Below are positions 8,923 to 18,815 of a stretch of DNA of 64,000 nt, piece by piece. A program made the position numbers and the translations under genes. The notes under the pieces were generated by a model that worked only from the letters and a program-made list of their open reading frames with translations, ran no database searches and was not told the origin of the DNA. Position 1 is the first letter of the stretch. The number at the start of each line of letters is the position of its first letter. Where the stretch lies: NCBI GenBank assembly GCA_963732385.1, contig CAVSZB010000001.1, positions 64,001 to 128,000 on the forward strand. The letters are read 5' to 3'. The stretch is from an uncultured bacterium (GTDB taxonomy: Bacteria; Krumholzibacteriota; Krumholzibacteriia; LZORAL124-64-63).

Positions 8923-11178
8923 ATGGCTCGAACCCTGAGATTTGTCGCCGCTCTCGTGGTTGGCCTGGCGCTCGTGACCTGGGTCGCGTCGCTGGTGGCG
9001 ATCAGAACTACCGGCCACTGGTTCGAGAAGGACATCCGTCTGCGTTCCCAACTGGCGGTGAACGGCGCCCGCCAGGGGCTCGTCAGTCACTGGAGTCGGG
9101 AGCGGCCGGACGATCTGCGGGCGATCCTTCTCGAGATCACTCGCGACGAGCGCATCATGGCGGCCGCCGCGTACGCGCCGGACCTGACACTGCTGACGAC
9201 CACCCCCCGGTTCCCGGACGTCCTCGCGAGCGGCGGGCTCTTGGCGAAGAGCCGCCCGTTGACCGCGTCCGGCGACCGGGCGTGGCTGGCGTGGCAGGAC
9301 ATCGTGTCGCTGCCGGGGGGCAGCGTCCACGTGAGCGCCGTGCCGGTCGTCGAGGGAGGGCAGTCGCTGGGTTTCGTCGTGCTCCTGCACGATCTGAGCT
9401 TCGTCGAACGCCGTGACGCCATGGCGCGGCGGTTCCTGCTGGTCGTCTTCGGTTTCCTGGCGCTCGCCGCCTCGGCGGTGACCATCCTGGCGACGCGCTG
9501 GTCCCGGCACAACTGGAATCGCGGGCTGCAAAGACTGTTGCGCGGCGAGACGGAGCGGCCGGAATTCCTGCCCTTCCTGCGCGATGTGCGCGAACTCGTG
9601 GACCGCATCGTCGCCGAGAAAGAGGCCGAGGGGGAGGGAGGGGCCTGGACGCCGCAACGGCTCAAGAACTCGCTGAACCGCTACCTCCATGGCGAGAAGA
9701 TCGTCATCGTCGCCAACCGCGAACCGTACATCCACAATTACGCGAAGGATGGCATCATCGAGGTCGTTCACCCGGCCAGCGGCCTCGTGACGGCGCTGGA
9801 GCCGGTGATGCAGGCCTGTTCGGGCGTGTGGATCGGCCACGGCGTCGGTTCGGCCGACCGCGAGACGGTGGACAGGAACGATCGCCTGCATGTGCCGCCC
9901 GGCGACGAATCGTACGTGCTTCGCCGTGTCTGGCTCACGGCCGAGGAGGAGTCCGGCTACTACTACGGCTTCGCCAACGAGGGCCTGTGGGCGCTCTGCC
10001 ATCTGGCGCACGCGCGGCCGATCTTCCGCGGTGAGGACTGGAAACACTACCAGGCGGTGAACGCAAAATTCGCCGACGCCGTGTGCGCCGAGGTCGACGC
10101 CGAAGATCCCATCATCATGGTCCAGGACTACCACTTCACGCTCGCGCCGAAGTTCATCCGCGAGCGCCTGCCCCGCGCGACCATCATCATGTTCTGGCAC
10201 ATCCCGTGGCCGAGCTCGGAGCGTCTCGGCATCTGCCCCTGGCGCGAAGAGCTGCTCGAGGGGATGCTGGGAGCGAGTATCCTCGGCTTCCACACCCAGG
10301 TCGACTGCAACAACTTCGTGGAGTCCGTGGACCGCTATCTCGAGGCCCGGATAGACCGGGAGCAGAACGCGGTCGTGCGCAACGGGAAGACCACCCTGGT
10401 TCGCCCCTACCCGATCTCTTTGGAGTGGCCATCGCGCTGGCTCGGAACGGCGCCGCCGGTGGAGGAGTGTCGGAGCAGCGTCATCCGGGAGCTTGGCCTC
10501 GCGCCCGACGCGCTGATCGGCGTCGGCGTCGACCGACTCGACTACACGAAGGGGGTCGAGGAGCGGCTTCTGGCCGTGGAGCGCCTGCTGGAGTGCCATC
10601 CGGCCTTTCGCGGGCGGTTCACCTTCGTGCAGCTCGCCGCGCCCAGCCGGACGATCATCGACCGTTACCGCCAGCTCAACGAGGACGTGGAGCGGCTCGC
10701 CATCCGCATCAACGAGCGCTTCGGCGAGGCCGGCTATCGGCCCATCGTGCTGCTGCGCTCGCACCACGAGCCGCCCGCGGTCTTCCGCTACTACCGCGCC
10801 GCCGACTTATGCTACGTGAGCAGTCTGCACGACGGCATGAATCTCGTCGCCAAGGAGTACGTCGCCGCCCGGGACGACGAGCAGGGCGTCCTCGTGCTCA
10901 GCCAGTTCACGGGCGCTGCGCGCGAACTGACGGAGGCCCTGATCGTCAACCCCTACGATCTGGACGAGGCGAGCTCTGCGCTCGCCACGGCGCTGAGCAT
11001 GACCCCCGAAGAGCAGCGTGACCGCATGCGCGCGATGCGCGCCTTTCTCTCCGATTTCAACGTCTATCGCTGGGCCGGGAAAATGATCGTGGACGCGGCC
11101 CGTCTGCGCAGACGCGATCGCCTCACCGGACGCCTGACGGATCACGTCATGAGCGCCGCCGCGGGAGAGTCATCTTGA
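8923..11178 (+). CDS. otsA: Trehalose-6-phosphate synthase (GT20) with N-terminal two-TM extracytoplasmic domain
   Basis: [43 protein letters not shown] motifs; ~250-aa N-terminal extension with two hydrophobic helices. Confidence 0.9.
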   Translation: MARTLRFVAALVVGLALVTWVASLVAIRTTGHWFEKDIRLRSQLAVNGARQGLVSHWSRERPDDLRAILLEITRDERIMAAAAYAPDLTLLTTTPRFPDVLASGGLLAKSRPLTASGDRAWLAWQDIVSLPGGSVHVSAVPVVEGGQSLGFVVLLHDLSFVERRDAMARRFLLVVFGFLALAASAVTILATRWSRHNWNRGLQRLLRGETERPEFLPFLRDVRELVDRIVAEKEAEGEGGAWTPQRLKNSLNRYLHGEKIVIVANREPYIHNYAKDGIIEVVHPASGLVTALEPVMQACSGVWIGHGVGSADRETVDRNDRLHVPPGDESYVLRRVWLTAEEESGYYYGFANEGLWALCHLAHARPIFRGEDWKHYQAVNAKFADAVCAEVDAEDPIIMVQDYHFTLAPKFIRERLPRATIIMFWHIPWPSSERLGICPWREELLEGMLGASILGFHTQVDCNNFVESVDRYLEARIDREQNAVVRNGKTTLVRPYPISLEWPSRWLGTAPPVEECRSSVIRELGLAPDALIGVGVDRLDYTKGVEERLLAVERLLECHPAFRGRFTFVQLAAPSRTIIDRYRQLNEDVERLAIRINERFGEAGYRPIVLLRSHHEPPAVFRYYRAADLCYVSSLHDGMNLVAKEYVAARDDEQGVLVLSQFTGAARELTEALIVNPYDLDEASSALATALSMTPEEQRDRMRAMRAFLSDFNVYRWAGKMIVDAARLRRRDRLTGRLTDHVMSAAAGESS

Positions 11179-11957
11179 AGAACATCCTTGCGCGCGCCAA
11201 TCGCGAAGTGCTCCGGCAGTTCGCGTGGTCGAAGGTGCTGCTTGCATTCGACTTCGACGGCACCCTGGCCCCCATCGTGACGCGACCGGATCGCGCGACC
11301 ATGCGGCCGACGACCCGGCGGCTGCTCGGGAAGCTGACGGAGCTGTACCCCTGCATCGTGATTTCCGGCAGGGCCCAGCGGGACGTGAGCAGGCGTTTGC
11401 AGGGGGTCGGCCTGCACGAAATCGTCGGCAACCACGGCGTGGAGCCGTGGCATTCCACGGAGAAGCTGTCGGAAGAGGTCGAGCGCTGGCACCCCGTGCT
11501 GCAGGAGCGCCTGGCGGGGTTGCGGGGGGTGAAGATCGAGGATAAGGGTTTCTCGGTCGCCGTCCACTATCGGCAGTCCCGGCAGAAGAAGGCCGCGCGC
11601 GGCGCCATCCTCGACGCGGCGCGCGCGCTGGGCGAGGTGCGGCTGATCGGGGGAAAGCAGGTGGTGAACATCCTGCCCGACGGCGTGCCGCACAAAGGAG
11701 GCGCCCTCGAACGGGAACGGGCGCGCCTCCGGTGCGACACCGCGATCTATGTGGGAGACGACGATACGGACGAAGATGTCTTCGCCCTCGATCAGCCGGG
11801 CCAGCTGCTGGGCATCCGGGTCGGACGCCACCGCGCCTCGGCTGCACCGTATTTCCTCGGCAGCCAGCGGGACATGGATGAGTTTCTGCGGGTCCTCCTC
11901 GGTCTCCGGCAGGACGAGGCCGATGCGCGGTCCTCTTCAAAGCGGTCGGTGGCGTGA
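11175..11957 (+). CDS. otsB: Trehalose-6-phosphate phosphatase
   Basis: HAD motifs DFDGTLAP, ISGR, GDDDTDEDVF; overlaps the otsA stop. Confidence 0.9.
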   Translation: MKNILARANREVLRQFAWSKVLLAFDFDGTLAPIVTRPDRATMRPTTRRLLGKLTELYPCIVISGRAQRDVSRRLQGVGLHEIVGNHGVEPWHSTEKLSEEVERWHPVLQERLAGLRGVKIEDKGFSVAVHYRQSRQKKAARGAILDAARALGEVRLIGGKQVVNILPDGVPHKGGALERERARLRCDTAIYVGDDDTDEDVFALDQPGQLLGIRVGRHRASAAPYFLGSQRDMDEFLRVLLGLRQDEADARSSSKRSVA

Positions 11958-12445
11958 GACCGGCTCGGGGAAGCGCCCCGGGAGCCTCCCCGGTTCCGGC
12001 CCTGGGGCCGGAGCTCGAGTTTCTGCGCGTGGTGTGGGCTCTCGATCATTCGCTGCAGAGGGTGTCGAAGCGCATGGAGGGGACGCTCGGGATCACGGCC
12101 CGGCAGCGCCTCGTCATCCTCATCCTGGGTCGCTTCCCCGGCCTGAACGCCGGGCAGCTCGCCAACATTCTCCACCTCCATCCCAGCACGCTCACCGGTA
12201 TCCTCAAACGGCTGCACCGGAGCGGGCTGATCACTCGGCGCGCCGATCCCTGCGATCGCCGGCGGGTCGTTCTGGGGCTCACGGTGAAAGGCCGGGCGTT
12301 CGACATCGCCACCGAGGGCACCGTGGAGGCGGCGGTGCAGGCCGTCATCGCGGCGCTGCCGGGCGCGAAGCTCAGGCATACGTCTGAGGTGCTCGGGGCG
12401 CTGGTCGAACTTCTCGGGCGCAAGATGGCGACGCGAACGCCGTAG
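11954..12445 (+). CDS. MarR-family transcriptional regulator
   Basis: wHTH STLTGILKRL...DRR...LTVKG. Confidence 0.85.
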   Translation: MRPARGSAPGASPVPALGPELEFLRVVWALDHSLQRVSKRMEGTLGITARQRLVILILGRFPGLNAGQLANILHLHPSTLTGILKRLHRSGLITRRADPCDRRRVVLGLTVKGRAFDIATEGTVEAAVQAVIAALPGAKLRHTSEVLGALVELLGRKMATRTP

Positions 12446-12551
12446 CCGGGCCCCGGACGGCAGTATCCCGCCGGTTCCCTGCCCCGCTCGCTCCCGGATG
12501 GATTCTCTCCTATATTGACAAGCATCATCATTATCCGTCAGGGAGGTCGCC

Positions 12552-13796
12552 ATGCGACGGCGTGTTGTGCGGGCGTTTATCGTGCTGCTGTGGATCGTGC
12601 CGGGGTCGCTCGTGGGGCTGGCGCCACGCGCCTCGGCCCAGATCGCGGTGAACCGGGTGGCGGGGGGGCTGGCCTGGCCGGTCTGGGTGACGGCGCCGCC
12701 GGCGGATGCGCAGCGGCTGTTCATCGTGCAACAGGGGGGTCTGGTCCGGATCCTGAAAGGCGGCGCGTTGGTGGCGGCGCCGTTTCTCGACATCACCACC
12801 CTGGTCAGCCAAGGGTCGGAGCGGGGGCTGCTGGGACTGGCGTTCGATCCGCAGTACGCGACCAACGGGCGCTTCTTCATCGACTACACGGACGTGGCGG
12901 GGAACACGGTGATCGCGCGGTACACCGTCTCGGCGGGCGATCCGGACCTGGCCGACCCCGGCAGCGCCGTGCTGCTGCTCGCTATCGACCAGCCGTTCGC
13001 GAATCACAATGGCGGCACGGTCGCCTTCAGTCCGCGGGACGGCTATCTGTACATCGGCATGGGGGACGGTGGCTCGGCCGGCGATCCCGGCGACCGGGCG
13101 CAGGATACCGGCACCCTGCTTGGCAAGCTGCTGCGGCTGGACGTGAGCGGCGCCACCTATACCATCCCGCCCGACAATCCGTTTGCGGCGCCCGGAGGGG
13201 CGCGCGAAGAGATCTGGGCGACCGGGCTGCGCAATCCCTACCGCTTCGGCTTCGACCCGCTCAACGGCGACATCTACATCGGCGATGTCGGTCAGAACGA
13301 GTGGGAGGAGATCGACTGGCAGCCGGGCGATGCGCCGGGCGGACGCAACTTCGGCTGGCGCCGGATGGAGGGGTCCCACTGCTACGACCCGGTCAATGGC
13401 TGCAACGACGGCTCGCTCATCCTGCCGGTGCACGAGTACAGTCACGCGGGAGGCTGCTCGGTGACGGGTGGCGCGGTATACCGCGGCAGCGCCATGCCGG
13501 CCCTGCAGGGGACCTATTTCTTTGCTGACTATTGCACTGCCCGCCTCCGGTCGTTCAAGATGCTCGGCGGAGCGGTGGCGGAGTTCCGCGAGTGGCCGCT
13601 GTCGGTCGTGCCGGGCGCGGGGATCGCCACGGTCGGGGCCATCGTCGCCATCGCGGCCGACGGCGTCGGCGAACTGTACCTCGTCGATCGCACCGGGACG
13701 CAGGAGGGCGAGATCTGGAAAATCGTACCGGAGGGGACCCAGGCGACGGAGCAGCGCACTCTGGGCGGTGTGAAAGGGCTCTACCGCGGCCGCTGA
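12552..13796 (+). CDS. Secreted PQQ-dependent sugar dehydrogenase (GSDH beta-propeller)
   Basis: Signal peptide; ERGLLGLAFDP, NHNGG, GDGGSAGDP, GLRNP, DVGQ motifs; C-terminal TLGGVKGLYR tail. Confidence 0.85.
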   Translation: MRRRVVRAFIVLLWIVPGSLVGLAPRASAQIAVNRVAGGLAWPVWVTAPPADAQRLFIVQQGGLVRILKGGALVAAPFLDITTLVSQGSERGLLGLAFDPQYATNGRFFIDYTDVAGNTVIARYTVSAGDPDLADPGSAVLLLAIDQPFANHNGGTVAFSPRDGYLYIGMGDGGSAGDPGDRAQDTGTLLGKLLRLDVSGATYTIPPDNPFAAPGGAREEIWATGLRNPYRFGFDPLNGDIYIGDVGQNEWEEIDWQPGDAPGGRNFGWRRMEGSHCYDPVNGCNDGSLILPVHEYSHAGGCSVTGGAVYRGSAMPALQGTYFFADYCTARLRSFKMLGGAVAEFREWPLSVVPGAGIATVGAIVAIAADGVGELYLVDRTGTQEGEIWKIVPEGTQATEQRTLGGVKGLYRGR

Positions 13797-15079
13797 GCGG
13801 GGCCGACCACTGGCCGGTCGTCGTCGTGGGGGCAGGGGCCGCCGGCCTGACCGCGGCGATTTTCGCCGCCCGGGCGGGGGCGCGAGTCCTCCTGCTCGAA
13901 ACGCGACCCGCGCCGGGGGCCAAGATCCGCGCCAGCGGCGGCGGTCGTTGCAACGTGCTCCCCTCGGCGGTGACGCTCGCGGATTTCCACACCAGCGGGT
14001 CGCGCACCGCGCTGCGCAACATCCTCTTCTCCTGGCCGCTCGACGACGTGCGCGCCTTCTTCGAGAACGATCTGGGCGTGCCGCTCAAACGCGAAGCGAC
14101 CGGCAAGCTGTTCCCCGCGGACGACGACCCGCGGCGCGTGGTGGCGGCGTTGCTCGGCGCCTGTCGGGCCGCCGGCGTCACGCTGTACGGGGACTTCCGG
14201 GTGACGAAGGCGAAACGGCCGGATGCGCCGGGCGCGGGCGGGGCTGGCGCGGCGGCGGAGGGGGCGGCGAGCTTCGCGCTGACGGCGGCGGGGGGAGTGC
14301 AGGTGACCTGCGACCGCCTGGTGCTCGCAACCGGCGGATTCTCCCTGCCCAAGACCGGCTCCGACGGCCACGGCCTTGCGCTGGCCCGCGCCTGGGGGCA
14401 TGCGCTGGTGCCGCCGTATCCCGCGCTGGTGCCGCTGCTGTGCGACGATCCCCGCTGGCGCGCGCTGGCCGGCGTGTCGCTGCCGGCGCGGGTGCGGGCG
14501 GTGCGGGACGGGCATGTGGTGGTGGAAGAGCGGATCGACAGCTTCCTGTTTACGCACCGGGGCTTCAGCGGCCCGGTGGTGCTCGACATGAGCCGTCACC
14601 TCGCCGGGCCGGAGGGGAAGACCACGCAACTACGGGTCCGCTGGGGGGGGGATGACGCACCCGACTGGGACGATCTGTTCCGGCGCGGCGGCGCGCGGCC
14701 CCTGGCCGGTCTCCTGGCCGAGCGGTTGCCGCGTCGTCTGGCGGAGCTTTTGATCGAGGAGACGGGGCTTCAGCCGGCGGTCCGGGCTGCCGATCTTACC
14801 CGGGAGACGCGGCGCTCCCTGGTGGCGGCTCTGGTGGACTTTCCGCTGCCGGTCGGCGGCAACGAGGGGTACCGCATGGCCGAGGTGACCGGTGGCGGCG
14901 TGCCCCTGGGGGAAGTGTCGCCGCGTACCCTGGAGAGCCGGATCGTCCCGGCCCTGCACTTCGCCGGCGAAATTCTCGACGGCACGGGACGTATCGGCGG
15001 CTTCAATTTCCTCTGGGCCTGGGTGACCGGGCGCAAAGCGGGGCTGGCGGTGGGTGCGGGGCGGCCGCAAGGCGGCTGA
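13793..15079 (+). CDS. HI0933/BaiN-family flavoprotein
   Basis: GAGAAG; KIRASGGGRCN; ATGG.S.P.TGSDG; LFTHRGFSGP; VTGGGV; GRIGGFN; start probably CTG overlapping the upstream TGA. Confidence 0.85.
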   Translation: MSGADHWPVVVVGAGAAGLTAAIFAARAGARVLLLETRPAPGAKIRASGGGRCNVLPSAVTLADFHTSGSRTALRNILFSWPLDDVRAFFENDLGVPLKREATGKLFPADDDPRRVVAALLGACRAAGVTLYGDFRVTKAKRPDAPGAGGAGAAAEGAASFALTAAGGVQVTCDRLVLATGGFSLPKTGSDGHGLALARAWGHALVPPYPALVPLLCDDPRWRALAGVSLPARVRAVRDGHVVVEERIDSFLFTHRGFSGPVVLDMSRHLAGPEGKTTQLRVRWGGDDAPDWDDLFRRGGARPLAGLLAERLPRRLAELLIEETGLQPAVRAADLTRETRRSLVAALVDFPLPVGGNEGYRMAEVTGGGVPLGEVSPRTLESRIVPALHFAGEILDGTGRIGGFNFLWAWVTGRKAGLAVGAGRPQGG

Positions 15080-15135
15080 CAGTCGCTTTCGCGGGGAGCA
15101 CAATCGGCGCGGGTGGTCCGCAGCCGGGAGGGATC

Positions 15136-16008
15136 ATGGACAAGAGCCAGGAAGTTCTGCGTCGGCTGGAGTCGCTGAAGAACCTGCCGACGCTGCCGGT
15201 CGTCATCGACAAGCTGCGCGCGGCGGTGCGCGATCCCAATTCGAACGCCACGAAGGTGGCGCGGATCATCGAGGACGATCCGTCGATGATGGCGCGCATT
15301 CTCAAGATCGTGAACTCCGCGCTCTACGCGAGCTGGGAGCCGATCATTTCGGTCGAGCTCGCGGTGGCGCGGCTCGGTTTCAACGCGGTGACGAACATCG
15401 CCACCTCCACGGCCGTCTTCCAGACCTACGACCGGACCGGTCAGCGCGATTTCGACCGGGAGGAGTTCTGGCGCCACTGCGTGTCGGTCGGAATCGCGGT
15501 GAATGTTCTCTACGATCGCTGCAAGCCGAACCTGCAGCGGCGGTACGGCAAGGACCTGATGCACCTGTCCGGCCTGCTGCACGACGTGGGCAAGATCGTG
15601 CTCGAGCCGCACTTCCACGAAGCGTTCATCGCCGCCGTGCGCACCTCCGTCGAGAAGCACATACCGCTGCCGCAGGCCGAGGTCGAACTGCTCGGCATCG
15701 ACCACGCCGAAGCGGGCGCCTGGCTCGCCATGCGCTGGAACCAGCCCCCGGATGTGTTGCAGGCGATCCGTTGGCATCACCATCCCGGTCTGGCCGATGT
15801 GGAGAACCAGGAACTGGCCATGCTCGTGCACAGCGCCAATTACATCTGCAACCTCGAGAAGATCGGCGACGGCGGCGACACCGCAGCCCCCGCTTTCCAG
15901 CAGGCCGTCTGGACCCGGCTCGGCCTGACGGTGAAGGACATCCCGGTGGTTGTGGACGAGGTCGTCGAGCGGTCGCGGGAGTCGGAAGTGCTGATGGCGC
16001 TGTTGTAG
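15136..16008 (+). CDS. HDOD-domain protein
   Basis: LPTLP, DPSMMARILKIVNS, FWRH, GLLHDVGK, DHAEAG...W, AIRWHH. Confidence 0.88.
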   Translation: MDKSQEVLRRLESLKNLPTLPVVIDKLRAAVRDPNSNATKVARIIEDDPSMMARILKIVNSALYASWEPIISVELAVARLGFNAVTNIATSTAVFQTYDRTGQRDFDREEFWRHCVSVGIAVNVLYDRCKPNLQRRYGKDLMHLSGLLHDVGKIVLEPHFHEAFIAAVRTSVEKHIPLPQAEVELLGIDHAEAGAWLAMRWNQPPDVLQAIRWHHHPGLADVENQELAMLVHSANYICNLEKIGDGGDTAAPAFQQAVWTRLGLTVKDIPVVVDEVVERSRESEVLMALL

Positions 16009-16275
16009 GCGCGGCTTCTCCGCCACGGGGCGGAGACGTGTCGGGGGCGGAGCGGCGCATCTTCCGGAGCACAACCGCCAGAAGACGGATCTGGCTCCCC
16101 CCAAACGGGCAGCGGGGCGCCCCCTTCCTCATCGATGCCGCCTCCACGAAAATCCCCCCGTCGGTCGTCGGGCCTTCCGGGTTTTCCTCCACTTGACTGG
16201 TGGCATCGCCGAGAGATAAGCTCAAGGTCTCCGTCAGAACGCCTGTCTCGATTCTCTCGCCTCGAGGAGGGCAAC

Positions 16276-17397
16276 ATGTTCCGGACACATTCCCGTATTG
16301 TCATGCTACTGCTCGTGCTCCTGTCCCTGGGCCTGGTGTGGGCGGGCTGCAGCCGCGACGACCAGCCGGTCACGCCGGAGACTCCCGGCGCCGCCGTGCC
16401 GATCGGCGATGCCTCGTCCGCGGCGTTCCGTGCGGCGGTCAACGTGCAGAAGATGCACACGCCGGCTCTGATGGCGATGCCGAACGTGATCGGCACCGCG
16501 ATCACCCTGCTCGATGACGGCACCCCTGCGCTGATGATCCTCACCATCGAGCCGATGGCGAAGGGCGCCCTGCCCGTCGATCTCGAGGGTCTGCCGATCG
16601 TGGAAGAGGTCAGCGGCATCATCCGGCCGATGATCGATCTGCCCATGGCTTCCGACAAGGCCGGCAACACCGCCAAGCAGACGCCGCCGATCCAGATGGG
16701 CACCTCGGGCGGCTGGCGCTACGACCTGGCCAACGGCTACTGCTGCGGCGGCACGCTCGGCTCGCTGGTGACCAACGGCACGACGCAGTACATCCTGAGC
16801 AACTACCATGTGTTCGAGGCGGACATCGTGGCGGGCGGCAACAACCTCGTCGCCACCACCGGCGACTACGTCATCCAGCCCGGCCTCATCGACGTCGCCT
16901 GCAGCGCCGCCAATGCCCAGAACGTCGGCACGCTGGTGGTCCGGCACAGCCTGCCGGGCAGCAACGTCGACTGCTCGATCGCCCAGGTCATCAGCGGCAT
17001 GGTCCGCACAGACGGCGCGATCCTCGGCATCGGCACCATCTCGAAGACGCCGATCGCCGCCGCGGTCAAGATGGGGGTCAAGAAGGCCGGTCGCACGACC
17101 GGGCTGACCACCAGCACGATCTCCGGCCTGAACGCCACGATCAGCGTGGCGTACGAGAACGAGTGCGCCGGCGGCGCGGCGTTCACGAAGACCTTCACCG
17201 GTCAGATCGTGGTCGCGAACAAGCGCAGCAAGTTCCTCGCCGGCGGCGACTCCGGTTCGCTCATGGTGCAGAACGTCACGACGAACCCGAAGCCGGTCGG
17301 CCTGCTGTTCGCCGGCAGCACGACGACGGCGATCGCCAATCCGATCAGCTCGGTGCTCTCGTTCCTGGGCAGCGGCTGGACGATGGTGGGCATCTGA
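16276..17397 (+). CDS. Lipoprotein trypsin-like (S1/Nal1-like) serine protease with N-terminal pro-domain
   Basis: RBS GAGGAGG; lipobox WAGC; GTLG, SNYHV (His), VDC (Asp), GRTTG, GDSGS (Ser), GLLFAG. Confidence 0.8.
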   Translation: MFRTHSRIVMLLLVLLSLGLVWAGCSRDDQPVTPETPGAAVPIGDASSAAFRAAVNVQKMHTPALMAMPNVIGTAITLLDDGTPALMILTIEPMAKGALPVDLEGLPIVEEVSGIIRPMIDLPMASDKAGNTAKQTPPIQMGTSGGWRYDLANGYCCGGTLGSLVTNGTTQYILSNYHVFEADIVAGGNNLVATTGDYVIQPGLIDVACSAANAQNVGTLVVRHSLPGSNVDCSIAQVISGMVRTDGAILGIGTISKTPIAAAVKMGVKKAGRTTGLTTSTISGLNATISVAYENECAGGAAFTKTFTGQIVVANKRSKFLAGGDSGSLMVQNVTTNPKPVGLLFAGSTTTAIANPISSVLSFLGSGWTMVGI

Positions 17398-17436
17398 GCC
17401 GCACCGTTTTCCGGCTGAGGTTGTGAATTCGCAAGT

Positions 17437-17472
17437 GGACACCCGCCCTCCCCCGGGGGGGGGCGGGTGTCC
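17437..17472 (+). terminator. Stem-loop between the protease and small lipoprotein genes
   Basis: GGACACCCGCCC...GGGCGGGTGTCC 12-bp stem followed by TGTT. Confidence 0.5.
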
Positions 17473-17494
17473 TGTTACGAAGGGGGACGCGACC

Positions 17495-17827
17495 ATGGCG
17501 ATCCTGCGCGCGGCGACCCTCGCGCTGGCGGCGATGTTCCTGATGGGCGGCTGCCGTTCCGGCGCGCGCCACGAACCGGGGGGAGAAACAGCAGTGGCAC
17601 AACGACCCATCGAGATGGTGCTGGCCGATCACACGCCGCGCCTGATGGCGTTGGCGGGTGTTGCGGGGACCTATCAGGGGGCTCTCGACGATGGCTCGCC
17701 CTGCATCGCGATCATGGTCGTGACGCTGACTCCGGCCCTGCGCGACAGTCTGCCAGAGACGCTGGAGGGGTGGCCGGTGCGGGTCGAAGAGACGGGCGAG
17801 ATCCGGCCGCTGGACACGGAACGCTGA
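17495..17827 (+). CDS. Small lipoprotein homologous to the pro-domain of the upstream protease
   Basis: Lipobox MGGC; HTPRLMAL.GV.GT, LDDGSP and LP..LEG.P...E..G.IRP shared with the upstream protein. Confidence 0.75.
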   Translation: MAILRAATLALAAMFLMGGCRSGARHEPGGETAVAQRPIEMVLADHTPRLMALAGVAGTYQGALDDGSPCIAIMVVTLTPALRDSLPETLEGWPVRVEETGEIRPLDTER

Positions 17828-17848
17828 GTCGCCGCGCGGCGGCGTGGT

Positions 17849-18724
17849 TCACGGAGTCCAGCGGGCGTAGACGCCGGCCGGCAGGGGCGGCGCGCCGGCG
17901 GCGCCGCACAGCAGCATCTCTCCCGCCTCGACGCTTCCGCCCAACGGCGCCAGCAGCGTGCGCAGCACGGCGGCGGTGACCCCGGGCGAATGCGCCGTCA
18001 GCAGCACGCCGAGCGGCACCTTGGCCAGCACATCCCGACAGGCGATCAGCAGCGGGTGGAGGTCGCGTTCGATTTTCCACACCTCGCCGCGCGCGCCGCG
18101 CCCGAAAGACGGCGGATCCAGAATGATGATGTCGTAGCGCCGGGAGCGCCGGGTTTCGCGGCGGACGAACCCGAGGGCGTCGTCGGTGAGGCAACGGAGG
18201 CGGTTTTCCGGGATACCGGACCGTTCGGCGTTGAGGGCGGCCCAGGTGTTGACGGCGCGCGCGCCGTCGAGGTGGGTCACTTGGGCGCCCGCCCGCGCCG
18301 CCGCGAGCGAGGCGCCGCCGGTGTAGGCGAAGAGATTGAGCACCTCCAGAGGCGCGCTGCCGGGACCGTTGGCCGCCGTCTGCCGCCCGATCGTCTCCTC
18401 CAGCCAGGCCCAGTGCGCGGCGTGTTCCGGGAAAAGTCCCACGTTCCCGAAACCGGTCAGACGCAGTTCGAAGCTCAGGCCCCGCCAGAGCGCGTTCCAG
18501 GTGGACGGCGCCACGCCTGGGCCGGTCTGCCAGTCGCCGGTTCCCCCCTCGCCGCGCTGGAAGGCGGCATTCGCCTCGGCCCAGGGGGCTGAGGGGTCGG
18601 CCGGCCAGATCGCCTGGGCGGCCGGCCGGTCGAGGAGAACGCCGCCGAAACGCTCCAGCTTGCGGCCATCGCCGCAGGAGACGAGCTCCCAACCTTCCGG
18701 CCAGCCGTGCACTTCGAGGTCCAT
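17849..18724 (-). CDS. Class I SAM-dependent methyltransferase (RlmI/YwbD-like)
   Basis: GDGRKLERFG; VLNLFAYTG; ILDPPSFGRG. Confidence 0.85.
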   Translation of the reverse strand: MDLEVHGWPEGWELVSCGDGRKLERFGGVLLDRPAAQAIWPADPSAPWAEANAAFQRGEGGTGDWQTGPGVAPSTWNALWRGLSFELRLTGFGNVGLFPEHAAHWAWLEETIGRQTAANGPGSAPLEVLNLFAYTGGASLAAARAGAQVTHLDGARAVNTWAALNAERSGIPENRLRCLTDDALGFVRRETRRSRRYDIIILDPPSFGRGARGEVWKIERDLHPLLIACRDVLAKVPLGVLLTAHSPGVTAAVLRTLLAPLGGSVEAGEMLLCGAAGAPPLPAGVYARWTP

Positions 18725-18815
18725 GGACGGAAGTATAGGGGCTGCGGGGCTGGCGCGACAACGGTCGGTCGCCGACGGCGTTCCCGGAGGTGCCTGACGC
18801 CGGCGGCCGCGACCG

